Assembly: GCA_963765495.1 (NCBI GenBank)
Contig: CAVXWP010000008.1
Coordinates: forward strand, 128,001-192,000
Length of the DNA stretch: 64,000 bases
Direction of reading: 5' to 3'
Source of the DNA: Blastocatellia bacterium
GTDB lineage: Bacteria; Acidobacteriota; Blastocatellia; UBA7656
A program made the position numbers and the translations under genes. Within the stretch, counting starts at the first letter, position 1. Every line of letters begins with the position of its first letter. Of the stretch, positions 21,074-29,281 are shown one piece after another. The notes beneath the pieces are model-generated. The model searched no databases and was not told where the DNA came from. It saw only the letters and a list, made by a program, of their open reading frames with translations.

Positions 21074-21868
21074 TCACAATGTCTTGCGGGCCGTCACTAT
21101 CAGAACCGGCATTGCAAAGGCTACTTTGCCATCGGCGGTCACAAACGGTTGGAGGGATTCCTCCGCCTCCTTCAGGAGTTTATCGAACTGCTCATTATCA
21201 AGCAGCCCGCCCAGGGTCCATACACACGCCCTTTCTGTAGAGACCAGAGACTTGATCGACGCAAAATTAACCATCCCGTTGTGCCGCGTGACAATTGCGT
21301 CAGGGATGTCTGCATCGGCGCAGAGGGCAAGCAACCGTTCCGGCTCTCCACACACGAAGGGGGCACGAAAAGCCTCTGCCACTTGCTCTCCAAAGAGGCG
21401 ATGCAGCAACTCGGCCAGCACTGCGTAGCCGGGGGAGTGGTCGATTGCATCGCATACGGCTACCGCCAGCCGCCCGCCCGGTCGCAGCACGCGCATCATT
21501 TCGCGCAGGGATGTGCGCTGGTCCTCAAAGAACATGAAACCGAACTGGCTGACCACCGCATCGAAACTGTCGTCGGCAAACGGCAAAGACTCGGCCCGGC
21601 CATCCTGCCACTCTATGCTTGAACTCTTTTGCCGGGCTACCGCGAGCATATCTTGATTAGGATCGACCCCCACGACCGCCCCGTCTTTTCCCACACGCTC
21701 TGCGGCGGCACAAGCCAGCACCCCGGTTCCACAGGCGACATCGAGTACACGCTGTCCCGGTGCTGCTCCTGCAACCTCGGCTACTACGTTCCCCCACTGC
21801 TTAAATAATGCCGGAACGAATAACTTGTCATACACTTCGGCGGGTGTGCGTTCGACCCGATTATCCAT
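21074..21868 (-). CDS. Class I SAM-dependent methyltransferase (UbiE-like)
   Basis: VLDVACGTG, LPFADDSFD and RVLRPGG motifs; GGAGG RBS. Confidence 0.9.
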   Translation of the reverse strand: MDNRVERTPAEVYDKLFVPALFKQWGNVVAEVAGAAPGQRVLDVACGTGVLACAAAERVGKDGAVVGVDPNQDMLAVARQKSSSIEWQDGRAESLPFADDSFDAVVSQFGFMFFEDQRTSLREMMRVLRPGGRLAVAVCDAIDHSPGYAVLAELLHRLFGEQVAEAFRAPFVCGEPERLLALCADADIPDAIVTRHNGMVNFASIKSLVSTERACVWTLGGLLDNEQFDKLLKEAEESLQPFVTADGKVAFAMPVLIVTARKTL

Positions 21869-21944
21869 CTGTTACCTCCTTTTACTCTCGACCGGTTTGT
21901 ATCGACCTGACTATAAGCCAGAGCGGGTAGTAGATTCCTATAAA

Positions 21945-22077
21945 CAGAAAAAGGATCAGGATGGGAAAAGAATTTTTGAGTATCGAATTCATGATCGGCA
22001 CGGGAACCGGGCCACAAAAGATCGCGCATACGAACCCATTCAAAACGGTCTTCCAGACGAATTTGTCTTACCTGCAT
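21945..22077 (-). pseudogene. 5' remnant of an AAC(6')-I-like GNAT acetyltransferase
   Basis: MQVRQIRLEDRFEWVRMRDLLWPG..DH resembles AAC(6')-I N-termini; similarity ends after about 43 codons. Confidence 0.55.
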
Positions 22078-22164
22078 GCCTGAACTCTCTATAGCTGACT
22101 GACATAGCAAAGGCCACTGATTCTTAACGGGATGTAGCCTGATCCCGCCGATCTCGGGATGAGT

Positions 22165-22842
22165 TTATTTCATAAGGTATGGACCAATAATTTTTCGCCA
22201 TACCTCGTATCCTTCTCTGTTCATATGTAATCCGTCAGGCCCAAAAATTGAGGCGCGTGGCTTTCCGTCTTCTCCCAGCATCGAACTGAATACATCAATA
22301 AAAATCAAATTCTTATCACCTTTCGAATATTCCCGGATCAAATCGTTTGCCTCTTTCATTTTTTGGAGCAAGGCTATTCGTGCGAGACTTGGCTTTATTG
22401 AAATAAAAGCGATCTTCACCCCGGGAAGCCCCGCTCGCACTATGGCGACGAACTTCTTATAAGCCTCAAAAACTTCTTGAGTCGTTTTCCCGTTTGCCAG
22501 ATCGTTATCCCCAGCGTAGAGAACTATCATGCGGGGTTTATAAGGGAATACGATCCGGTCAGCGAAATATGTCGAATCGGCAATCTCCGACCCGCCAAAC
22601 CCTCTATTGAGCAGCTTGATGCCGGGGAAATCTTCTTGAAGAGTGGTCCACAATCTAATAGAAGAACTGCCGATAAACAGAACAGCACCTTTAGTCGGAG
22701 GGTTTAGCCGATCCGACTCCTCGAATTTTTTGATTTCAGATTCCCAGGTATTTTCCTGCAATCTGTTTGGGTGACATCCGGCCCTGATGCCAGGAACAGC
22801 AAGGAAAAGGGAGGAGACAAAGAGAAGAAAATACTTAATCAT
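22165..22842 (-). CDS. SGNH/GDSL hydrolase, secreted
   Basis: GSSSI, NRGFGGS, YAGDND and DGLH motifs. Confidence 0.9.
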   Translation of the reverse strand: MIKYFLLFVSSLFLAVPGIRAGCHPNRLQENTWESEIKKFEESDRLNPPTKGAVLFIGSSSIRLWTTLQEDFPGIKLLNRGFGGSEIADSTYFADRIVFPYKPRMIVLYAGDNDLANGKTTQEVFEAYKKFVAIVRAGLPGVKIAFISIKPSLARIALLQKMKEANDLIREYSKGDKNLIFIDVFSSMLGEDGKPRASIFGPDGLHMNREGYEVWRKIIGPYLMK

Positions 22843-22920
22843 TATTCACTCGCCCGTGTTGGATTTTTATTTCGGATGGAAAAGTATAATGAAGAAGGGC
22901 CGTCAGATGCCAGGAGGAGT

Positions 22921-23096
22921 GTAGATAAGTAAAAGGGGAATAGGCCGGGACGGACGCGGATCGGGCGGATTTTCACGGAGCTGATCCTATTGGATTTAAT
23001 CCGTGTAAATCCGCCAAAATCCGTGTCATCCGTGGCCTATTTCAACTCACCTTTGCTTCAAATCAACTTTTACCATTTCTTTCGCCTATTGCTCGC
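22921..23096. repeat. Degenerate copy of the nonamer-periodic palindrome / MITE body
   Basis: GAATAGGCC..CGGAT arms and the CTATTTCAACTCACCTTTGC..TCAACTTTT tail match 23680-23826; no intact terminal repeats. Confidence 0.8.
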
Positions 23097-23131
23097 AGAG
23101 CCATCAAGAGATGCGATCCGTTTCCGCTCTG

Positions 23132-23536
23132 TTAATTCTGAAACCAGATGGCAAAGACGTGTTGCGTGTCGAGATATTCCTTGACCCCGCTAATCTTGTT
23201 GTCGCGGATCGACACAAGGAAATGATATTGCTGTTCATAGACGCGGCCGTTACGTAACTCGCCGTAGGATTCAACCTCCAAAGCCACCTTGTCACCCTCA
23301 GCAATCAAACTCTTCACCGTCATTTTCAGCCCGTCAGGTAGCTGGTCCATCATGTTTTTTAGAAGGCGAGAAATCCGCTCCTTACTGTATTCTCCGGCTG
23401 CTGGTAGGTCTCCCGGTTTGCCGGAAATCCACCATGTTGCGTCGTCTGCCATCAGGTCCAGCGCACCTGCGACATCGTTGGAGTTAAAACGGTCAAAGAA
23501 CTCGCGCGCCAACTGCTTGTTTTCTTCGATGCTCAT
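23132..23536 (-). CDS. NTF2/SnoaL-like protein
   Basis: SIEENKQL, ADDATWW, IAEGDKV and KEYLDT motifs. Confidence 0.88.
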   Translation of the reverse strand: MSIEENKQLAREFFDRFNSNDVAGALDLMADDATWWISGKPGDLPAAGEYSKERISRLLKNMMDQLPDGLKMTVKSLIAEGDKVALEVESYGELRNGRVYEQQYHFLVSIRDNKISGVKEYLDTQHVFAIWFQN

Positions 23537-23648
23537 TTACGATTCTCCAGTTTCGTTATGATGTAGGAATGAGGATAGATTCTATGTGGAACAGGAGGGG
23601 AATTCAATTTGAACCGGCCAATCGCAAAGGGGAATAGTATTCCTGTTG

Positions 23649-23851
23649 CAGGGTCATTCAGTTTTCCAACATGTAGAAAGGGATAAGGGAAATAGGCCGC
23701 GGATGACGCGGATGCGACGGATTTTCGCGGATCTGATTTTATATGAGCTAATCCGCGTTATCCGCAGCCTATTTCAACTCGCCTTTGCGTCAACTCAACT
23801 TTTAATATTTTTTCCGCCTATTGCCCTCAACTCAAGAACTGAATGGCCCTG
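23649..23851. mobile_element. 203-bp MITE with CAGGG...CCCTG terminal inverted repeats and a 10-bp target-site duplication (ISAs1-like ends)
   Basis: Left end CAGGGTCATTCAGTT, right end AACTGAATGGCCCTG; ATTCCTGTTG at both 23639-23648 and 23852-23861; internal CGGAT nonamer palindrome at 23689-23775. Confidence 0.9.
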
Positions 23852-23881
23852 ATTCCTGTTGGATTGTCTGTGCCGATACAG

Positions 23882-24727
23882 CTATCCGGTCGGTTCAGTG
23901 AGAAGCCACTTGATGCGAGTGTAGGCAATACGGAATCCCTGCCGCTCGGCATTTCGCTGTGAGGCGCTGCCCGGTAAAGCACACATCATCGCTATGTCGC
24001 ACCCCTGCTTTGCGGCGTATTGCAGACGGCTCTCCAGAAGCGCCAGTTGTGCGCCGTTCTTACGCGCTTCCGGGACTGTGCTCGCCCCGGCCATCAACGC
24101 CACACCTTCGCAGATACTCATTGCTCCGGTGGCTATGGGGACGCCGTCAAGACTTGCCATAAACGATAGGCCCCCTTCTTTCTTTGCGCCGATCTGAGCC
24201 AGCTCAAGTATTACATCCCTGTACTCGGGAAACTCACTCCATCCTCTCGCCGATGTCTGTGCCCATATCTCTTCTTCACCATCCTGAGCCAATCGCACTT
24301 GAACCCTTCTGTTGTGTGATCCCGTTAGCTGAAGGTCGTGATTGATCGGACGGAACATGACGCTTGTGAACTCAATCGCGTGATACCCTCTTTCATTGAG
24401 CAACGGCAAGAGCGTAGGATCAGCCAGGGGGCTTATCTCATGAAAGACCGGCGCTCCCCTTTCTCGAAAGAATTGCTCGATTGTCTCTAGATCGGTCCGG
24501 GTGACAGCCTGGAAAATGCCTAGCCCAAAGGTCTGGGTTAGCGGCGATTTCACTCCGTCATACATGGCGTAAGCGCCTGCGACTTCCTTCCATCGCGCGC
24601 CGCTATCTGGAAATAATCTGGCTCGGGTTTCGACAAAGGTAAGATTGCCGTGGGCCTCGGTTCTTTCAAGGCGACGCGCCAGAGTTAAGTCGGAAAAGAG
24701 AAATGATTGATTCTCAGCAAGCTCCAT
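23882..24727 (-). CDS. GNAT family N-acetyltransferase
   Basis: GASTVPEARKNGAQ acetyl-CoA motif A; PGSASQRNAERQGF. Confidence 0.85.
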   Translation of the reverse strand: MELAENQSFLFSDLTLARRLERTEAHGNLTFVETRARLFPDSGARWKEVAGAYAMYDGVKSPLTQTFGLGIFQAVTRTDLETIEQFFRERGAPVFHEISPLADPTLLPLLNERGYHAIEFTSVMFRPINHDLQLTGSHNRRVQVRLAQDGEEEIWAQTSARGWSEFPEYRDVILELAQIGAKKEGGLSFMASLDGVPIATGAMSICEGVALMAGASTVPEARKNGAQLALLESRLQYAAKQGCDIAMMCALPGSASQRNAERQGFRIAYTRIKWLLTEPTG

Positions 24728-24852
24728 AGCTGGGGTCCCAAATATAAAAAGTCAATAAAGCATATAGCAGATTCTTGAGTACCTGCGCCATCTGTCTACA
24801 TCAAAAGATATTGTTATCGGTAGAGATGAAAATGCGCGTGAAGAGACGATTT

Positions 24853-24913
24853 TTTGACAGGATTAACAAGATTGCTGAGAGATAACTGGTAACACCCTGT
24901 TAATCCTGTCAAA
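24853..24913. repeat. Nonamer-periodic palindrome, GACAGGATT class
   Basis: Perfect 16-bp inverted repeat TTTGACAGGATTAACA / TGTTAATCCTGTCAAA. Confidence 0.8.
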
Positions 24914-24928
24914 CTCTGCGTCTTGTAA

Positions 24929-25657
24929 TCAGGCCTCGGCTGCCAATGCTTTTTCCGCTGCCTCTCGTTCACCTGCAACCTGTGAATAAACCAGCCCGGC
25001 TGTAGCGGCTCCTATGATTGGCGCAACCCAGAATAACCAGAGTTGTGAAAGGGCCCATCCACCCACGAAAATTGCCGGTCCGGTACTGCGGGCCGGGTTT
25101 ACCGATGTATTGGTCACGGGGATGCTGATCAGATGTATCAGAGTCAACCCCAGCCCTATCGCAATCGGGGCCAGCCCGGCTGGTGCCCGTTTATCTGTCG
25201 ATCCAAGAATAATCATCAAAAACATGAAAGTAAGGACCGCCTCCGAGACAAACCCCGCCAGCAGGGTGTAGCCTCCGGGGGAGTGCTCGCCATATCCATT
25301 GGATGCAAACCCGCCGCTCAGACTAAATCCTGCCTTACCGCTGGCAATCAAATAGAGCACCCCCGCGCCCGCAATTGCCCCTAACACCTGAGAAATGATG
25401 TAGGGTAACAAGTCCGATCCCGGGAATCGCTTCCCAACCCATAAACCAATCGATACTGCCGGGTTCAAGTGACACCCGGAGATGTGGCCGATTGCAAATG
25501 CCATGGTTAAAACTGTAAGGCCGAATGCGAAAGCTACTCCAAGCAGGCCTATTCCTAAACCTGGAAAAGCCGCAGCCAGTACAGCGCTTCCACAGCCGCC
25601 AAGAACCAACCAGAAAGTGCCCAGAAACTCTGCTGCCGTCCGTTGCGAAAGTGACAT
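24929..25657 (-). CDS. aqpZ: Aquaporin Z
   Basis: [11 protein letters not shown] and [13 protein letters not shown] motifs; [11 protein letters not shown] loop. Confidence 0.95.
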   Translation of the reverse strand: MSLSQRTAAEFLGTFWLVLGGCGSAVLAAAFPGLGIGLLGVAFAFGLTVLTMAFAIGHISGCHLNPAVSIGLWVGKRFPGSDLLPYIISQVLGAIAGAGVLYLIASGKAGFSLSGGFASNGYGEHSPGGYTLLAGFVSEAVLTFMFLMIILGSTDKRAPAGLAPIAIGLGLTLIHLISIPVTNTSVNPARSTGPAIFVGGWALSQLWLFWVAPIIGAATAGLVYSQVAGEREAAEKALAAEA

Positions 25658-25904
25658 GATGATCTCCTTTCGGTGTTGTTTTGAAGCGATGAAAGTGAAT
25701 ACATGGAAGAGAGAAGGTCAAAAGCTAATCCGTACGCTTGAGAATTGCGATATAGAGGCAGAGAGATTTCGGCGGCCTGATGTTGAATAAAGGTGATCAT
25801 CGGCAGCATTATCGTCAGTGTGTCAGAGGATTGCAACAGTGAAAGGTAGAAAATAGATCAGCTTCGGGCAAGGCAAATTGGCCAAAACAACCGACGAGTT
25901 ATCC

Positions 25905-26615
25905 TCATCTTATCGAAAGAAGTTCAGACACCTTCTTGAATTCATATCCCTGTTTCTTAAGCCCCTCTATAATTCCTTTTACCGCTTGAAGGGATGGCTC
26001 CCGTCCTCCATACATCGTGTGCAACAGGATTATCGACCCCGGTCGCGTCCTTTCGAGCACATATTCGACTATTCTGTTTGATTCGCCCGCGATCTCGGGG
26101 TAAGAATCCGGCTCTATATCCCACATGATTGTCTTGCGGTTTTGCCTGCTCAAATAGTAAGGAAGGAGCACCAGTTTTTTCCCATACGGTGGTCGAAACA
26201 GTATTGATCCCTCTTGTCCTGTCTCGTGTATAAGCCTGTCGGTCCGTTCGATCTCATCACGAATAAATGAAGGGGATTTTAATACCATACGTTCGTGCGA
26301 ATAAGAGTGATTGCCAAGCTCATGGCCTTCACTAACGATCAGCTTCCCGAGTTCGGGATGTTGCTCCAACTCTGCCCCGATAACAAAGAAGGTTGCCTTA
26401 ACCTGTTCCTGCCCAAGGATCGAGAGAAGTTCGTGTGTCGGGGCAGGAGTCGGGCCATCATCGAATGTGAGAGCCACAACTCTTTCTGATGTTTCGACTC
26501 TGGGAATGATCTCACCAAAAAGCTGATATGACCGGGCGCTGGAAAGTTTCCAGGCAGATATGGCGAGGGTCAGAAAAAGTGCGAGGGATAAAAAGATATA
26601 ATGGCGTTTTTTCAT
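25905..26615 (-). CDS. Polysaccharide deacetylase (CE4/NodB)
   Basis: TFDDGP, HSYSH, FRPPYG and IILLH motifs; N-terminal anchor. Confidence 0.92.
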   Translation of the reverse strand: MKKRHYIFLSLALFLTLAISAWKLSSARSYQLFGEIIPRVETSERVVALTFDDGPTPAPTHELLSILGQEQVKATFFVIGAELEQHPELGKLIVSEGHELGNHSYSHERMVLKSPSFIRDEIERTDRLIHETGQEGSILFRPPYGKKLVLLPYYLSRQNRKTIMWDIEPDSYPEIAGESNRIVEYVLERTRPGSIILLHTMYGGREPSLQAVKGIIEGLKKQGYEFKKVSELLSIR

Positions 26616-26659
26616 GGCTCCTTTGTAGCGCGTAGGGTTTCAGGGGTTGCCTGATGGAG

Positions 26660-26746
26660 AAATCCGTCTCTATCCGTCCGACCCGCGTTTATCCGAGACC
26701 CGTTCCCGTTTCCCTTATCTACATTTTGCAAAACTGAATGACCCTG
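26660..26746. mobile_element. Partial inverted copy of the MITE (one terminal repeat plus one nonamer arm)
   Basis: The reverse complement CAGGGTCATTCAGTTTTGCAAAATGTAGATAAGGGAAAC... aligns with 23649-23730. Confidence 0.75.
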
Positions 26747-26828
26747 CCACTGGAAACCGCTCGCACTTTGGTGCTAGCATAAGCTTTTTCAAAGGCTGTC
26801 TAAATTCCAGACTATGGATAAGAGGGAT

Positions 26829-27466
26829 ATGGAAGAAGAAAAAGCATCGGAGTTCAAGATAACTGATCATCGGAAATTCAATCCTGACGGTTCTCCGCGA
26901 GAGCAGGGTGAAGCGACAGAGCCAAAAGACACACAGAAGGTCGAAGCTGAAAATAGGCCGGAGGCAGATATACAACAGCCACATTTCGACCTTCGGCTGA
27001 TGTCGAGCCTTCGGCTGATGTCGAGCCTTCGGCTGATGTCGAGCCTTCGGCTGATGCCAATAATGTCGTCTCTTTCCCGGGCGAAGGAGCAAGGAAAAAA
27101 GAGCCGCCCGCGCCTGCTGCTACAACATCTGCCGAACAGGATGAACGAGAGGCGGCGGCCCGCAGCGCTGCCCATCGCTCATACGAGCAGGCAAATGAAG
27201 GCGCAAAATCGCGATTGCCGGAAGCGAGTTTTTTGACATTGCTCAATATGCTTGCCGTCGAGGCGGCCATGCATCTCGGCCTGATCGAAAATCCGATGGG
27301 AGGCGAAACTCCCATCGACATCGAAGCGGCCCGGCACCTGCTTGACCTTCTGGGCATGTTGCAAGAGAAGACACGCGGTAATCTCTCAGCCGAAGAAGAC
27401 CGTTTGCTTGACAACTTACTGGCCGACCTGCGAATGCAATACGTCGTGATTTCAAAGAGGCAATGA
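26829..27466 (+). pseudogene. DUF1844 family protein, frameshifted by a 1-bp deletion near 26990 (possibly a sequencing error)
   Basis: The N-terminus FKITDHRKF and the C-terminus ASFLTLL..ARHLLDLLGMLQEKTRGNL..LRMQYV lie in different frames; restoring one G in the first 18-bp repeat joins them. Confidence 0.8.
26986..27056 (+). repeat. 18-bp tandem repeat x4 (EPSADV)
   Basis: TCGAGCCTTCGGCTGATG x3, preceded by a 17-bp copy lacking the G. Confidence 0.95.
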
Positions 27467-28218
27467 GGATCACCTTTCTCGGCACAGGCACGTCGGTTGG
27501 GGTTCCCACCGTGGGCTGTGATTGCGGGACTTGCCTGTCGATTGACCCGCGAGACAATCGCCTGCGCACGTCTGTGCTGATCGAGCACGACGGGCACAAT
27601 ATCATAATCGACGCCTCTACGGATTTTCGTCAGCAGGCATTGCGTGAAAAGCTAACCCGGCTGGATGCAATACTGTTTACTCACGCTCACGCCGATCATT
27701 GCTTTGGCCTCGACGACGCGCGGCCTCTCATGTTTCGTCACGGGGCGATCCCCTGTTTTGCAACTGAAATCACCTGGCAGGGCCTGCGCCGCATTTATGC
27801 TTATGTGTTCGAGCCTTCGCCATACCCCGGCGTCCCCCGCATCATTCCCAATAGAATCGAGGGCTCATTCACCCTCTTCAGGCTTCCGGTAGAGCCCCTG
27901 ACGGTCATACATGGGCGGTTGGCTGTGACTGCCTATCGCATAGGCGGATTCGCCTATGTGACCGATTGCAATCTGATCCCCGACGAGACACTGGCCGGGC
28001 TCAAGGATTTGGACCTCCTCGTCATAGATGCGCTCAGATTCAAACCGCACCCGACGCACATGACTTTGGACCAGTCGCTCGGCTACATTGATATGCTCAA
28101 GCCCCGGCGCGCACTGCTTACGCACATTTCGCACGACATAAAGCACGCGGAGACGAGCGAGAGTTTGCCTTCGGGGGTCGAAATCGCTTACGACGGATTA
28201 AAGGTGGAACTTAATTGA
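27463..28218 (+). CDS. MBL-fold phosphodiesterase (PhnP-like)
   Basis: LGTGTSVGVP, CDC and THAHADH motifs. Confidence 0.9.
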   Translation: MRITFLGTGTSVGVPTVGCDCGTCLSIDPRDNRLRTSVLIEHDGHNIIIDASTDFRQQALREKLTRLDAILFTHAHADHCFGLDDARPLMFRHGAIPCFATEITWQGLRRIYAYVFEPSPYPGVPRIIPNRIEGSFTLFRLPVEPLTVIHGRLAVTAYRIGGFAYVTDCNLIPDETLAGLKDLDLLVIDALRFKPHPTHMTLDQSLGYIDMLKPRRALLTHISHDIKHAETSESLPSGVEIAYDGLKVELN

Positions 28219-29174
28219 TGAATGTCTTCCGCGATCTCAAAAATGACGAGATCAAAACACCTTCTATACTGACTTTCGGCGTCTTCGATGGTCTGCATCT
28301 GGCTCATCAGCAGATCATGAACAGGGTGATCGAGCGCGCCCGCGCGACGGGTCTTGCCTCAACCGTAGTCACCTTCGAACCGCACCCGCGAGCCGTCCTG
28401 CGCCCGGAAACGGCCCCGCCTCTGCTTCACACATTCGAGCAAAAGATGGAAGGGATGGAGCGGCTCGGCATAGATCAGGCCGTGGTGCTCAATTTTACAA
28501 AAGAGCTGGCTCAGGTAAGCGCGACCGATTTTCTGACCGGGATTATTTTTGGCAGGCTCGATGCCCGGGAGGTCTATCTGGGTCACGGATTCGCCTTCGG
28601 ACATAATCGAGAAGGTCGCTTTGAATTGCTCAAGCAGGTAGCAGATCGGCTCGGTCGCGTGGCCGAAGAGGTTCCCGAAGTCTCTATCCGAAATCACCGC
28701 GTAAGTTCTACGCTGGTTCGCCGCCTGCTTGTCAGCGGGCGCGTGAATCTTGCGCGCCGATTGCTTGGCAGGCCCTACGGTGTGGAGAGCCGCGTCATTG
28801 AGGGCCGAAAGATTGCCGGATCGCAACTCGATTACGCGACGGCCAACCTCAAGCCCCACAATCGCGTGCTGCCGGCAAACGGCGTTTACGTGACCCTGAC
28901 CCTGATCGAAGGCCAGTGGTGGCGCTCGATCACAAACATAGGCAATAAGCCTACGTTTGGCGGCGACCCCGAAGTCACCGTCGAGACTCACGTGCTCGAT
29001 TTCGACCGCCAGTTGTACGGGGAAAAGATTCGCGTTCGCTTCCTGCACCGGCTGCGCGCCGAAACGAAATTCGAATCCGTCGATGCGCTCCGCTCTCAGA
29101 TCGCCCGCGATTACAGACGTACGCTCAGATACTTCGAGCGGGAATGCGTCGAGAGACATTTCGATTATCGCTAA
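28215..29174 (+). CDS. ribF: Bifunctional riboflavin kinase/FAD synthetase
   Basis: GVFDGLHLAHQ, TFEPHP, VSSTLVR, TANL, GVY and VETHVLDF motifs. Confidence 0.93.
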   Translation: MMNVFRDLKNDEIKTPSILTFGVFDGLHLAHQQIMNRVIERARATGLASTVVTFEPHPRAVLRPETAPPLLHTFEQKMEGMERLGIDQAVVLNFTKELAQVSATDFLTGIIFGRLDAREVYLGHGFAFGHNREGRFELLKQVADRLGRVAEEVPEVSIRNHRVSSTLVRRLLVSGRVNLARRLLGRPYGVESRVIEGRKIAGSQLDYATANLKPHNRVLPANGVYVTLTLIEGQWWRSITNIGNKPTFGGDPEVTVETHVLDFDRQLYGEKIRVRFLHRLRAETKFESVDALRSQIARDYRRTLRYFERECVERHFDYR

Positions 29175-29186
29175 TCAAACGCTCAA

Positions 29187-29281
29187 TGATTCGTGATTCG
29201 TGATCCGTGATCCGTGATTTACCTGATTTGCAATTTGCGCTAAATAAGCAAGCTTCCTTAAAATCACGAATCACGAATCAC
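29187..29281. repeat. Heptamer-periodic palindromic element
   Basis: (CGTGATY)x4 ... (AATCACG)n; shared core GTGATTTACCTGATTTGCA. Confidence 0.8.

Noticed and set aside
16004-26615. Integron cassette array
   Set aside because: No intI, and I could not find paired RYYYAAC/GTTRRRY attC cores; the spacers hold other repeat types.
26986-27056. Possible CRISPR mini-array
   Set aside because: Contiguous 18-bp coding tandem repeat with no spacers and no cas genes.
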